A stretch of 64,000 bases of DNA from an uncultured Planctomycetota bacterium (GCA_963737655.1 CAVTTN010000002.1:2080001-2144000); one strand, 5' to 3'; shown: positions 36,975 to 47,358, counted from the first letter of the stretch. Translations and numbers: made by a program. Notes: generated by a model not told the origin, from the sequence alone.

Positions 36975-39745
36975 TTTCCGCTCGCGGCAGGGGGTGTCGG
37001 GGTCGTCGTCGGGGGCGGCGTCGGGGGCGGAGAGGTCTTCGCCGGGGCCTTGCGGTAGAGGCGGGCGTCGGCCCAGATCACTCGGTCGCCGATGTCTTCG
37101 TCGGCCCCGAAATCGACGAGGAGCTTCAGTTGCTCGGCCCCGGCCACGGGCAGGGAGAGCTTGACCGGAGGGCCGTCGGCGCGGAGGTCGGGGTTGCCGT
37201 AGATTTCCTTGCCGTCGGCGAAGACGCGACACTCGACCCGGCCCCGCTTCTTCGACGCCTCGTCGAACCCGACCTCGGCCTCGAACGTGGCGAACTTGCG
37301 GTCGAGGTCGTAGGTCAGGGCGGTCCGCGAGTGGACGGCCAGGCCCTTGTCGAGGGCGCGGCCGTCGAGCTTCAGGGGTCCGCCTTCGAGGTTCACGTCG
37401 CGGCGATGGGGGACCTTGCGGCCGAAGTAGGGGGTCTCCTCGACCAGAGACGGGGTCAGGTCGGACAGGTAGGCCATCTGGCCGCCCCGGAAGCGGACGG
37501 TCTGGACGTCGTTGGCCGGGAGCTTGATCGTCTGGCCCCAGGGGGCCTCGACTTCCCAGGTGGTCGCGTCGATCTTCTTCCACTTGCCGGAGACCGCGAT
37601 CCCCCCGGCGAGGCGGAACGTGGCCAGGACGTCGGCCGGGGGCTTCGGCGTCGGCCGTTTGGCGAGGATGAACCCCTCGACGCCCTTGAGCGGGAGGGAC
37701 CGGCTCTTGCCCTGGTACTGGAAGGTGAGCTTATTTTCCTTCGATCCCTCGACGACCCCGGCGATGGCGACGACCTCGCCATCCTTCGCGCGAGCCAGCA
37801 GCAGGTCTTCGGCCCCCCGGGATTTCAGCCGTTTGGCGAACGCTTCGGGCGATTCCTTGTGGTCGGCCATCCCCATGAAGACGCCGAGGACTCGGGCCAT
37901 CGGGACGTCGAGGCGGTCGCCCCAGGGGGTGCTGAGGGTCAGGGCGTCCTCGGTGATCGCTTCGAGCTGGCCGTAGAGCTGCTCGTCGTCGGCGAGGAAG
38001 ACGCGGGCGTCGAGCGCCGGGGCGGGCGCGGAGGCGTCGAAGGCCAGCTTGGGGTCGGAGTGGCCGGTGGCCTTGATCTGGATGTTCGCGTTCTGGTTGT
38101 CCGCGTACATCAGGTTGACCATGAACTGCTTGTCGTTGACGTCCCCTTCGGCGGGCGGTTCGAGGAAGAGGTCGGCCCAGGAGTCGTTGCCGGAGCGGCG
38201 GATGGTCAGCGGCCAGGCCTGGGGGTTGCCGGTGGTGTCGAGTTGCCAGGAGGCCTGGCCCTTGTCGGTGGGGCACTGGATCATGACCTGGCGGATCGGC
38301 TGGTCCCGGAGGCCGGAGAGCGCGAGGTGGAGGTCTCGGATGCCGTTGGGCTTGGGCTCGATCTTCACGGCCTTGGGCGGGGCGACGGTGCCGGGAGGGG
38401 GGACGGAAAGATCGTCGCCGACGCCTTTCTTCTCGTCCTTGGGCTCTTTCGAGTCCTTGGCGTCCTTCGAGTCCTTGGCGTCCTTCGAGTCCTTGGCCTC
38501 CTTCGCCGGATCGCCGACGGGCCCCGTGGTATCGACGTTCGGCTGGCCGAGGAAGCGGCCGGAGGGCGTGGCGGCGCGTTCGAAGGTGATGCTCTCGACC
38601 TCATCCAGGGGGATCTTGGCCTTGGGCTTGGGCGGCTCGGGCGGGGTCGCGGGCTTGGCCTCGGCGTTCTTTGCCTCGGCGGCCTTCGAATCCGGGGCGT
38701 TCGGCTTCTCCGCGTCGGCCTTCTTCACCTCCGCTTTCGCGGTGGCCGGTGCAGGAGCCGGAGCGGCGGCCGGCGCCGGGGCGGCGACGGCGACCACGGC
38801 ACCCGGAGCGGCCGGGACCGGAACGGCGACCATGGCCCCCGGCGGGACGGGCGCCGGGGTCGGACCCGGCTGCGGGGCCGCCGGATTCGCCGGGTTGGGG
38901 GCGGGCGCGGCCGGCGGGGGCCCGCCGACGACGAGCGTGCCCCCTTCCAGGGCCGTCGGGTCGCCGTGGACGACCGTGCCGAAGACGGTCCGCACCGCCG
39001 TGCCCTCGCCGCTGATCCGGTCGGCGTGGATCGTGACGTCGCGGAACAGGACGTCCACCGGCGACGCCCCGTTGCGGTTGGAGACGAACAGCTTCACGCC
39101 CGCGATGTCGCCGGGGCCGATCTCGAACTGACCGACCTCTCGGGCCTGGGCGGCCATCTCGTCGAAGACCTGATAATGGAGCTTCGGCCCCTTGCGGACG
39201 AGTTCCAGGCGGATCGATCGGCCCCTGGCGGGGAAGGTGTGGCGCTCGGGCTTGGCGGCGGCCTGGGGCATGCCGCCCCCGAATGGGTTGAAGACCCGAA
39301 TTCGCCGGCCCATCATCATCGGCTGGGGGCCGCCGCCCATCGGCCCTCCTTCGCGGTGGAGGGGGCGATAGACCTCCTTGCCGTCGGGCTCGACCTCGCG
39401 GAGGAACGTCGCGTCGGGCTGGTCGAGGTTCTGGGTCGCGATGGCCAGGCCGATGGCGGCCCCGTCTTCCTGGGCCGGCTTGGGGAGCGTCTTGATTTCG
39501 ATCGCGGCGACGATCGAAAAATCGCCGCCGAACCGGGGGCCTTGCGGGGACTTCCAGCCGGCCTCGGGCTCGCCCGGCTTGACCGTCACGCGGAGGCCGT
39601 CGGCCTCCCGGACGAGCCCCTTCTTGTCGCCGAACGATTCGGCGTCGAGGGCGGCCTGGTCGAACGCCTTCTCGGCGAAGGGCCGCACGTAGTCCCCCGC
39701 CCCGACGGTCGCCAGGCCAGCCCACAGGATCGCGGCACCGAGCAT
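36971..39745 (-). CDS. exported protein with N-terminal lectin-like domain and C-terminal NPCBM/NEW2 domain
   Basis: Signal peptide; Pro/Ala and K/D-rich linkers; C-terminal YLSDL...GGPLKLDGRALDKGLAVHSRTALTYDL...FEAEVGFD...LKLLVDFG...DRVIWADARL. Confidence 0.8.
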   Translation of the reverse strand: MLGAAILWAGLATVGAGDYVRPFAEKAFDQAALDAESFGDKKGLVREADGLRVTVKPGEPEAGWKSPQGPRFGGDFSIVAAIEIKTLPKPAQEDGAAIGLAIATQNLDQPDATFLREVEPDGKEVYRPLHREGGPMGGGPQPMMMGRRIRVFNPFGGGMPQAAAKPERHTFPARGRSIRLELVRKGPKLHYQVFDEMAAQAREVGQFEIGPGDIAGVKLFVSNRNGASPVDVLFRDVTIHADRISGEGTAVRTVFGTVVHGDPTALEGGTLVVGGPPPAAPAPNPANPAAPQPGPTPAPVPPGAMVAVPVPAAPGAVVAVAAPAPAAAPAPAPATAKAEVKKADAEKPNAPDSKAAEAKNAEAKPATPPEPPKPKAKIPLDEVESITFERAATPSGRFLGQPNVDTTGPVGDPAKEAKDSKDAKDSKDAKDSKEPKDEKKGVGDDLSVPPPGTVAPPKAVKIEPKPNGIRDLHLALSGLRDQPIRQVMIQCPTDKGQASWQLDTTGNPQAWPLTIRRSGNDSWADLFLEPPAEGDVNDKQFMVNLMYADNQNANIQIKATGHSDPKLAFDASAPAPALDARVFLADDEQLYGQLEAITEDALTLSTPWGDRLDVPMARVLGVFMGMADHKESPEAFAKRLKSRGAEDLLLARAKDGEVVAIAGVVEGSKENKLTFQYQGKSRSLPLKGVEGFILAKRPTPKPPADVLATFRLAGGIAVSGKWKKIDATTWEVEAPWGQTIKLPANDVQTVRFRGGQMAYLSDLTPSLVEETPYFGRKVPHRRDVNLEGGPLKLDGRALDKGLAVHSRTALTYDLDRKFATFEAEVGFDEASKKRGRVECRVFADGKEIYGNPDLRADGPPVKLSLPVAGAEQLKLLVDFGADEDIGDRVIWADARLYRKAPAKTSPPPTPPPTTTPTPPAASGK
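38451..38504. repeat. in-frame 18-bp tandem repeat x3
   Basis: GAGTCCTTGGCGTCCTTC twice plus GAGTCCTTGGCCTCCTTC; encodes K(E/D)AKDS on the minus strand. Confidence 0.85.
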
Positions 39746-39806
39746 CGGAAGTCCCCGAGGTGATTCGTCGGGACCGGCCCCGAGGCCGGTCCGGGGTCGG
39801 GTCGGA

Positions 39807-40385
39807 TCAGCGCTTGGCGGGCGGGGCGGCGGGCCTGGGCTTCGGCGTCTCGGCCTTCGCCGCGTCGGCCTCGGCCTTCTCCTTCGCCTTGGCCCCGTCT
39901 CCGCCGCTCTTGGCCGATTTCTCCTCGGCCAGCCGGCGATAGTACCGCTCCAGGACGGTGCGGTATTCGGGCGGGAACCCTTCGGTCATGGACTGGAGGA
40001 TGCGGTCGCGCTCGCGATCGGAGAGCTTGGCCCAGTCCTTGCCCGACTCGTCCGGGTTGACCAGGTCGCCGATCTCGCCGTTGCCCTGGCTGATCATCGA
40101 GTCGTTCATCCCGCGAGTCGGGCGGTTCCTCTTGATCCCGGCGCGGGTCTGTTCGAGCCGTTTTTCCAGGGAGGCGATGAGCTCGTCGAGGTCGTGGACG
40201 ATGACCTTCTGCTCCCCCTGGACGGGGGAGCCGGTCTGCTTCTTGCCGAGGGAATCGACGACCCCGCCCATCTTCGAGGCGATCTCGTCGGCGGCGGGGG
40301 GCTGCTGGGCGTTCGCCGAGGGCGCCGCGATCAGGGCCGACAGCGACGCGACGCCAGCCAGCGCGATCATCCGGTTCCGAGTCAT
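39807..40385 (-). CDS. small exported helical protein of the MoxR/vWA operon
   Basis: GGAGG 5 nt before ATG 40385; signal peptide; WAKLSDRERDRILQSMTEGFPPEYRTVLERYYRRLAEE motif. Confidence 0.8.
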   Translation of the reverse strand: MTRNRMIALAGVASLSALIAAPSANAQQPPAADEIASKMGGVVDSLGKKQTGSPVQGEQKVIVHDLDELIASLEKRLEQTRAGIKRNRPTRGMNDSMISQGNGEIGDLVNPDESGKDWAKLSDRERDRILQSMTEGFPPEYRTVLERYYRRLAEEKSAKSGGDGAKAKEKAEADAAKAETPKPRPAAPPAKR

Positions 40386-40417
40386 GGTCACCTCCGATCC
40401 GGGGAATTCCGAAAGGT

Positions 40418-42493
40418 TCAGGGCTGCTGCTGTTCGATCCGCTCGGCGATCTTGGAGAGCGATTCGCGGAGGTCTTCCTGGGTCGATTCGAGGGCCTCGA
40501 TCTCCCGGCGGAGGGCCGGGGGCAGGTTCGAGGGGGCGGGCCGCGTCTTGTCCACGCCCGTCGTGTCGTCGTTCAGGCGGACCTGGAGGAGCCGGATCAT
40601 CTTCAATTCGGCGATCAGCCGATTCAATTCGCGTTCCTGCTCGCGGCCTTCCGACGGGGCCGGATCGCCGGGGCGGGGCGGGGTGGTCGGCGGCAGGCGG
40701 CGGATCGCCTGGAGGAGCCCGAGGATGTCCTCCTCGATCCGGAGCTCCATCGCGATGGTCTTCGCCGAGGCGTCGCCGTCCTTCAGCCAGCCTTCCACGT
40801 CCCTCATCTCCTTCGAGAGGAGGCGGAGGGCCGTGGGCAGGGCGATCCCGAACTCCGTCTCCTCGACGAGGGCGAGGAGCTGTTCGGTCCGGCCGGCGAG
40901 CTCGGCCTCTTTTTGCGAGAGGGCCGCCACGGCGATGGCCGCCGCTCGCGATTTCTGGGCCAGGCGCGGGGCCTGGGCCTCGGTCGTCTCGCGGATGGCC
41001 GCCTGCATCTCGTGCATCTCGGTGAGCTCGCCGATCAGGCGCTGCTGGAGCTCGGTCCGAAGCTGGACGAGGAGCTTCTCGGCCGCCTTGGCGAGGTCTT
41101 CCGAGGTCTTGGTGAGGATGTCCAGGGCGGCGCTCTGGTCCGAGGCGGCGGGGTCGGGCGAGGTCTGCGAGAGGCTCTTCTCGGCCGACTGCATGGCCCC
41201 CCCGGCGCGGATCAGGTCTTTCTGGAGGCTCACGCCGGAGTCGCCCAGGCGGGCGGAGGCGGCGCCGAGGCTCTCGGAGGCCCGCCGGGTCTTCTGCTGA
41301 CCGGCCTCGTGGCGGCGGAACTCGGCCTCGGCCACGTCGCGCTCGGCGCCGGCGATCCGGGCGTCGAGGCCCTTGAGCTCCTCTTCGAGGACCGCCGCCG
41401 CCTTCTCCTCGGAGGCGAGGGCCGGGGCGAGGTCGTCGCCGTCTCGGCCGAGGTCGTCCCGGGCGTCGTTCATCAGCGGCTCGGCCTTCCGCAACTGCGA
41501 CGCCTGGAACTCGGCGAACAGCGGGTTCGTGGCCATCGCGGCGGCGGCCTTGCCCAGGCCGGCCTGGCGGTCGCGGAGCGCCTCGCGGGCGGGCTTGCGG
41601 TCGTCGGACTTGCCCTTGTCGGCCAGGGCCTTCGTGTCGGCGATCAGGGCCTTCTGGTCGCGGAGGAGGTTCTCCAAATCGGGCCTCCGCGCGGCGAGCT
41701 TCTCGCGGGCCTTCCTCTGGTCGATGGCGAACCGCGACCAGCCGAGCTCTCGCCGTTCGTCCTTGACGATGCGGTCGAGCTGGCTCATCGTCTCGCGGAT
41801 TTGCCGGAGCCGGGCGAGCTTGAGCTGGAAGTCGAGGTCCTCGGCGATCAGGACGTCTCGGAGGTGCTCCAGCTTCGCCAGGAGTTCCTTGACCTCGGTC
41901 TCGGCCTTGGAGAGCTGGGCCTCCTTGAGCATCTTGTTCGTCTCGCGCATCTGCTCCAGGATGAGCTCCTCGCGGGAGAACTTCAGGGCCAGGCGGAGCC
42001 GGGAGGCATTCTCGGGCTCCAGGCCGCGGAGGGCCTCGGAGAGCCGGAACATCCGCTCTTCCAGCTCGGTCATCTGGCTGGCGGCGTTCTCCTGGGTGAA
42101 GCCGATCGTGTCGCGATCGACGGCGCCTCCCGGAGCGGGCTTGTTCGGGTCGGCGGGCCTGGACGGGGCGTCCTTCTTCGGGTCCGCGGCCTTGTCCTTG
42201 GCAGGCTCGGCCTTCGCGTCGGCCTTGGGCTTGGCGTCTTCCTTCGGCTTTTCCTTGTCCTTGGCTTCGTCCTTGGGCTTCTCCTTCTCTTTCTCCTTCG
42301 TCGCGGGCGTTTCGTCGTCGAAGACGCCGGCGGCCTTGTCGTCCTTCTTGTCCTCTTTCTTCTCGTCCTTCTTGGCGGCCTTTTCGTCCTGCGCGAGGGC
42401 GGACGGCCCCCGGAAGCAGGGCGTCATCGCCAGGATCGTCACGACGAGGCCGACCGCGAGCGGTCGGAATTCCGGCCTAGGGCTTCTTCTCAT
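40418..42493 (-). CDS. exported long coiled-coil protein (DUF4175-like)
   Basis: Signal peptide, K/D/E-rich disordered stretch, then heptad-rich helical sequence; overlaps the upstream gene. Confidence 0.8.
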   Translation of the reverse strand: MRRSPRPEFRPLAVGLVVTILAMTPCFRGPSALAQDEKAAKKDEKKEDKKDDKAAGVFDDETPATKEKEKEKPKDEAKDKEKPKEDAKPKADAKAEPAKDKAADPKKDAPSRPADPNKPAPGGAVDRDTIGFTQENAASQMTELEERMFRLSEALRGLEPENASRLRLALKFSREELILEQMRETNKMLKEAQLSKAETEVKELLAKLEHLRDVLIAEDLDFQLKLARLRQIRETMSQLDRIVKDERRELGWSRFAIDQRKAREKLAARRPDLENLLRDQKALIADTKALADKGKSDDRKPAREALRDRQAGLGKAAAAMATNPLFAEFQASQLRKAEPLMNDARDDLGRDGDDLAPALASEEKAAAVLEEELKGLDARIAGAERDVAEAEFRRHEAGQQKTRRASESLGAASARLGDSGVSLQKDLIRAGGAMQSAEKSLSQTSPDPAASDQSAALDILTKTSEDLAKAAEKLLVQLRTELQQRLIGELTEMHEMQAAIRETTEAQAPRLAQKSRAAAIAVAALSQKEAELAGRTEQLLALVEETEFGIALPTALRLLSKEMRDVEGWLKDGDASAKTIAMELRIEEDILGLLQAIRRLPPTTPPRPGDPAPSEGREQERELNRLIAELKMIRLLQVRLNDDTTGVDKTRPAPSNLPPALRREIEALESTQEDLRESLSKIAERIEQQQP

Positions 42494-44711
42494 CGAAGAC
42501 CTCCTGAGTGCGCGACTCCCGGGCGTCCTGGGTCGCCTTGAGGACCTTTTGCTGGATCTTGATGACTTCGGCCACCTGATTGACGACGTCCACGAAGCTT
42601 TCCCACTGCGACATCTGGTCCAGGATCGCCTTCATCCTCGCCACGACCTCGCCGTCGAGCTTCTTGGCCTTCTCGATCTCGGCCTTGGCCTTCGAGCCGG
42701 CGCCGAGGGCCTGGAGGGTGGTCCGAAGCTCGCTCACGGGGCCGGAATTGAGGCTTCGAATCGGGTCGATCACGCCTTCCTGGAGCAGCCGGTGCGACTT
42801 CGGCGAGCCGACCTGGTTCAGCTTCATCTCCTGGAGAGTATCGGCGATCCGGGAGGCGATCTGGTCAAGCTGCCGGGTGCCGGTGTGCAAGCTCCGGGCG
42901 ACGGTCAGGTAATCCTCGGGCGAGGGGTTGCCGTTGAGCGTGGCCGCGCCCTTTTCGGCGGCGTCGAGGGCGGCCAGGAACTTCGCCCGCTCGGCCCTCT
43001 GGCGGATCAGGATCTCATAGAACAGCTCATCCGCTGAGACGACCTGCAAGTGGACGATCCCCGATCGGCCCGTTTGGGTCCCCCGGGCGCACTTGTCGTC
43101 GGCCTCGGCCTGGAACCGCAGGATGGCGCCGATCGGCGGTCGGTCGGACTGGAGATCGACCTGGTGCTGGGCCTGATGGTCGAGGACCGCGCGGCCGCCC
43201 TCGGTCGCCAGGGGCATCGGGATGGCTTTCTTCGAGGAATCCGGCTCGGACTTCCCGTCGGTGTGGACGGTGCGCTCGAACTGGAGCCGGACGGCGGCCA
43301 GCCCGAGGTCATCGGTGGCGGCGAGGGTCAAGGGGATCGTGGCCACGGGCGTGACGTGGGCCCCGACGCCCTGGGCCTTGAGCGTGACCCGGGGCTCGCG
43401 ATCCTTCATCAGCCCGAGCGAGAGGAAGCTGGGTTTCGAGTTCAGGCCGGTGCGTTCGGAGGTCAGGCTGATTTCCAGAGTCATGGCCTCGCGGAGGGTC
43501 CAGGAGGCGGTGTAGGTCTTCACGTCGTCCATGTGCAGGCTAGGCGGGGCGCCGGGATGGACGTCGATCCGGGGGGCCGGCGCGAGCGGCTCGGTCGCGA
43601 CAAGGGTGAGCTCGACCCGCGTATCGGGCAGGAAGACGAGCGGCCCGCCGATGTCTCCGACGTCCCGGAATGTGCCCTTGGCCGCGCCGGGCTCGCCGAC
43701 CCGCAGTTTCATCGCCTGAAGCGACGGCCGATCGACCCGTTCGACCTGGATCGGCCCGAGCCAGTCATCCCCGCCGACGATCTCGAACGTCGAAGACGAG
43801 GACGACGGTGGCAATTCATGGCGGAACCGGCCGGGGCCGACGGCCGTCATGACCGAGTCGCGGACCGCGCCCTCGGCGGTCCTCTCGCGGAGCCGGACCG
43901 TGGCCGGGACTTTCGGGACTTTCGGCTTCTCGCGGATCGAGAACGGCTCCCCTCGGCCGGTCAGGAGCCAGCCCGGGGTTTTCTCCTGGATCGTGGGCAG
44001 ATCGGCGCGGACCTCCAGGGCGAACGGCTCGTCTCGGGGGGCGAGCAACGTATTGTCATCCCCCAGGCCGGTCACGGTCAAATACGTTTTTTGAGGCCAT
44101 CGCTCGTTCGAGCCCAGGAACCACCGGGCGGCGCTCAGGCGGGCGGCCTCGGGGGCGATCAGGGCGAAAGCGATCGGGACGAGCGCGGCCCCCATCAAGG
44201 CCAGGGCCGACCCGGCGGTGCGGTCCCAGTTCCAGTGGCCGTCCCAATCGACGCTCGCCAGCGCCTCGCTGGCGCGACGGACGGCCAGCCTGACCAGGGC
44301 GGGCGAGGCGGTGGATCGAGCCTCGACCAGTTGCCCGGGAAGCTGGAGGACGTCGGCGACTTGCTGGCCGGTCCCGGGGCGGACGCGGTCCAGCGTCATG
44401 GCGAACGGGAGGTCGTCAAGCCGGGCGGCGCGGACCCTCGGGATCGAGCGGATCGCCACGGTCCCGACGATCCCGATCGCGCCCACGGCCAGGAGGATCT
44501 CCCTGGCCGTCAAGCCGAGGCGGAACCAGGCATCGAGCGCCACGAGGACGGCGCCGACGGCGACGGTCAGGGCGCCGAGGTCCAGCGCGAACTCCAGGGC
44601 CATCTGCCTGCGGAGCGACCCTCGCAGTTGGGCCAGGCGGGCCCGGAGGAGGTGCTGTTCCTCCTGGAGCGATCCGATGGCGGCGAGTTCGGGGGCGGTG
44701 GCGGTGCTCAC
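42477..44711 (-). CDS. membrane-anchored DUF4175-like protein (TM helices, Ig-like domains, coiled coil)
   Basis: Three N-terminal TM segments, ARWFLGSNERWPQKT, DREPRVTL...VTPVATIPL...ATDDLGL, helical C-terminus. Confidence 0.75.
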   Translation of the reverse strand: MSTATAPELAAIGSLQEEQHLLRARLAQLRGSLRRQMALEFALDLGALTVAVGAVLVALDAWFRLGLTAREILLAVGAIGIVGTVAIRSIPRVRAARLDDLPFAMTLDRVRPGTGQQVADVLQLPGQLVEARSTASPALVRLAVRRASEALASVDWDGHWNWDRTAGSALALMGAALVPIAFALIAPEAARLSAARWFLGSNERWPQKTYLTVTGLGDDNTLLAPRDEPFALEVRADLPTIQEKTPGWLLTGRGEPFSIREKPKVPKVPATVRLRERTAEGAVRDSVMTAVGPGRFRHELPPSSSSSTFEIVGGDDWLGPIQVERVDRPSLQAMKLRVGEPGAAKGTFRDVGDIGGPLVFLPDTRVELTLVATEPLAPAPRIDVHPGAPPSLHMDDVKTYTASWTLREAMTLEISLTSERTGLNSKPSFLSLGLMKDREPRVTLKAQGVGAHVTPVATIPLTLAATDDLGLAAVRLQFERTVHTDGKSEPDSSKKAIPMPLATEGGRAVLDHQAQHQVDLQSDRPPIGAILRFQAEADDKCARGTQTGRSGIVHLQVVSADELFYEILIRQRAERAKFLAALDAAEKGAATLNGNPSPEDYLTVARSLHTGTRQLDQIASRIADTLQEMKLNQVGSPKSHRLLQEGVIDPIRSLNSGPVSELRTTLQALGAGSKAKAEIEKAKKLDGEVVARMKAILDQMSQWESFVDVVNQVAEVIKIQQKVLKATQDARESRTQEVFDEKKP

Positions 44712-44780
44712 GGGCGGTCTCTCGGGTTCGTTCGATCCGGCCTGGGCGTTTTCGCTTCGAACGGTGTCGGCTCACCTTGG

Positions 44781-44856
44781 GAGTAGGTCCGACTTCAGTC
44801 GGGCCTGCGACTCATGAGAAAATGACTCGTAGGCCCGACTGAAGTCACACCCACTC
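44781..44856. repeat. GTAG-type REP doublet (REPIN-like)
   Basis: GTAG followed by the palindrome GTCCGACT-TC-AGTCGGGC; 35-bp arm 44781-44815 inverted at 44822-44856 with 5 mismatches. Confidence 0.75.
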
Positions 44857-44901
44857 AATTTGCTCTCGTCTCAGGGGGAACCATGAGGTACACCTGGGTT
44901 T

Positions 44902-47358
44902 TTAGACCATCCGGAAGATCTTGCGGGCGATCCACTCGGCCGTGAGGCCCAGGACGATCATCGCCGAGAGCAGGGGGGCGTCCCAGAGCTCGTCGCGGTT
45001 CTCGATCGTCCGGGTGACCTCGCGCATCGGGATCGCCTCGTCGAGCTTGGCGAGGTCGGGGACGTCCAGGACTCGCCCGCCGGTGGTCCGGGCGAGGTCG
45101 TACAGGAGCGTCCGGTTCAGGGACGGCTCATCGACCTCCTTCCTCGGCGGATCGACCCGGAACGTGGTGGTCGAGACCTTGGTGGCGGCCCCGGCGTCGG
45201 CCCCGGTGGCGGGGGTGATCCTCAGCGTGTAGGCGCCGGCCTTCTCGGCCGGGAACGCGGCGGTGAGGACCGCCGGATCGTCGGGCGCCCGTTCGAACAC
45301 CAGGGGCTCGGGCGGCTGGCCCTGGACTTCCAGCTCCGCCGCCAGGCCCGACGCTTCGGCCACGGCGGCGGCCTCGGTGAACCTCACGCCGATCTGGACG
45401 CGGTCCCCCACGCGATAGGCGGTCTTCCCCAGGTTCACCTGGAACGGGAACCGCCCGCCCAGGGCCTTGTTCCGGCCCACGCGGTCGATCAGGCGGGCCC
45501 AGAAGCCATCGAAATAGTCCTCGGCGAGATACCGCCAGCGATACGTGCTGTCGAACCCGATGAAGACCGTCCGGCCCGGCCCGTAAAGCTGAGACGCCAT
45601 CAGGACGTGCCGGCCGTACTGGTTCTGCATCCTCGGGTCGCCGTGGCGGGCGAGGACCGTGGCGCCGGGCCGGGCCCTCGTGACGGGGAAGCTCCAGTAC
45701 ATCCCGGGGAGGCTGGCGAGGATGGCGCGGTTGCGGATCGGGTCGGGGTGGAACTCGAAGATCGGGTCGCCTCGGCCCTCGGGGGTCAGGTCCAGGGCGT
45801 AGGTCGATTGCGTGGTCAGGCGGACCTCGGCCTCGGTGCGGAACAGCCCCGGCTCGCGGACCACGGGAAGGATCTTGGTCCACCGCCCGGCGGACGCATC
45901 GGGCGATTCCCCCTCGAAGATCTGCTGCGAATACAGCTCGCCCGGGATGAAGATCAGGCCCCCGCCCTCCTTGCCCACGAAGTCGGCGATCATCTCCGCC
46001 CACTGGGGGCCGAGGGCCTGCATGTCGGGGTCGATCAGGACCAGGGCATCGTACTTGCCCAGCTCGTTGGCGTCGTTCGGCAGCCGGGAGATCGGCTTGT
46101 CGCCGGCCTGGCGATAGCCGGGGTCGGCGTGCTGGAGCCAGGCGGCGAACTCGACGTGCTGGTCGCGCTGCAAGGCGTTGCGGAGGAACTGGACCTCCGG
46201 CGAAGGCGAGCCGGCAATCATGAGGACGCGGATCTGCTGGCGGACGACCTTCACGGCGGCCGTCGCCGAGTTGTCGTCCTTCGTGAGCTCGGGGCCGGCG
46301 TCCTCGATCCGGGCCCGGTACTCGTACTGGCCGATGACCTTGGGGACGATGCGGAACGGCGTCCGCTTCAACAGGCCGTCCTCGCCCAGGGGGATGCGCT
46401 GGGTGGCGATCTGCTGCCATTCGCCGCCGTTGACCCGTTCGTCGAGCAGGAGGTCGGCCTCGGCGTCCTTCAGGCCGCGGGCCTCGACCACGACGGACAG
46501 GGTCATCGGGTCCTTGGCGAAGACGACGGGGCTGGCCTCGACCTCGGCCACCCGGACATTCCTCGGCCCCTCCTCGGCGCCGGAGGCGATGGCGAAGATC
46601 GGGATGTTGAGCCGGGCTGCGGCCTCGGCGACGCGCAACGGGTCTTCCCCGGCGTTGGCCCGGCCGTCGGAGACCAGGACGATCCCGGCGACGGGCCGGC
46701 CTCGGTGAGCGGCCAGGGCGCCTCGCAGGGAATCGCCGAGGGCCGAGACGGTCCTCTTCGGCTGGATGTCGCCGAGCTTGCGCGTCTTCGCCGGCCCGGC
46801 GGTGCCGGTCCTCGCGGACGATTCGAGGTCGTAGACGAACACGTCGCGGCCCCGACCGAGCGCCTCCATCTGCGGGCCCAGGGCCTCCTTGACGAGGTCC
46901 ATCCGGGGCGATTCCCGGAGCCGGTCCACCGGCGACTTCCCGCCCTGGCTCTTGAGCTTCAGGAGGCTGGCGAACTCGGCGGCGCGGGTCTCGTCGGTGA
47001 ACGGGTCGGCGAACCGCATGCTCTCGGAGTCGTCGATGATGATCGGCAGGTGCGAATGGAGCGTCTCCTTGTGAGAGGAGACCAGCACCGGCTCGACCAG
47101 CATGATCGCCACGGCCAGGAGGACGACCGATCGGAAGGCGACGAGCAACGCCCGCCTCGGCCGGGAAAGGTCGGCCTTCTCGCGGCGGGGGAGATACCAG
47201 AGCAGGACCAGCGCGGCCACCGCGAGCGCGGCGAAGGCCAGGGCGGTGCCTCCTCCCGGGACGGCGGTGAACTCCAGGTGCGTGGTCCCGCCCGACCCGG
47301 AGCCGGGCGGCCGATCTTCGATCCCGAGCAAAGCGTGCCAGATCCGGTTCATGAGCAT
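44902..47358 (-). CDS. membrane protein with vWA domain and class I glutamine-amidotransferase-like domain
   Basis: N-terminal TMs; MIDAS IIDDSESM and LVSDG; IRVLMIAG...FLRNALQRD...GGGLIFIPG...YGPGRTVFIGFDSTYRWR; C-terminal ELWD-TM-EWIARK. Confidence 0.85.
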   Translation of the reverse strand: MLMNRIWHALLGIEDRPPGSGSGGTTHLEFTAVPGGGTALAFAALAVAALVLLWYLPRREKADLSRPRRALLVAFRSVVLLAVAIMLVEPVLVSSHKETLHSHLPIIIDDSESMRFADPFTDETRAAEFASLLKLKSQGGKSPVDRLRESPRMDLVKEALGPQMEALGRGRDVFVYDLESSARTGTAGPAKTRKLGDIQPKRTVSALGDSLRGALAAHRGRPVAGIVLVSDGRANAGEDPLRVAEAAARLNIPIFAIASGAEEGPRNVRVAEVEASPVVFAKDPMTLSVVVEARGLKDAEADLLLDERVNGGEWQQIATQRIPLGEDGLLKRTPFRIVPKVIGQYEYRARIEDAGPELTKDDNSATAAVKVVRQQIRVLMIAGSPSPEVQFLRNALQRDQHVEFAAWLQHADPGYRQAGDKPISRLPNDANELGKYDALVLIDPDMQALGPQWAEMIADFVGKEGGGLIFIPGELYSQQIFEGESPDASAGRWTKILPVVREPGLFRTEAEVRLTTQSTYALDLTPEGRGDPIFEFHPDPIRNRAILASLPGMYWSFPVTRARPGATVLARHGDPRMQNQYGRHVLMASQLYGPGRTVFIGFDSTYRWRYLAEDYFDGFWARLIDRVGRNKALGGRFPFQVNLGKTAYRVGDRVQIGVRFTEAAAVAEASGLAAELEVQGQPPEPLVFERAPDDPAVLTAAFPAEKAGAYTLRITPATGADAGAATKVSTTTFRVDPPRKEVDEPSLNRTLLYDLARTTGGRVLDVPDLAKLDEAIPMREVTRTIENRDELWDAPLLSAMIVLGLTAEWIARKIFRMV

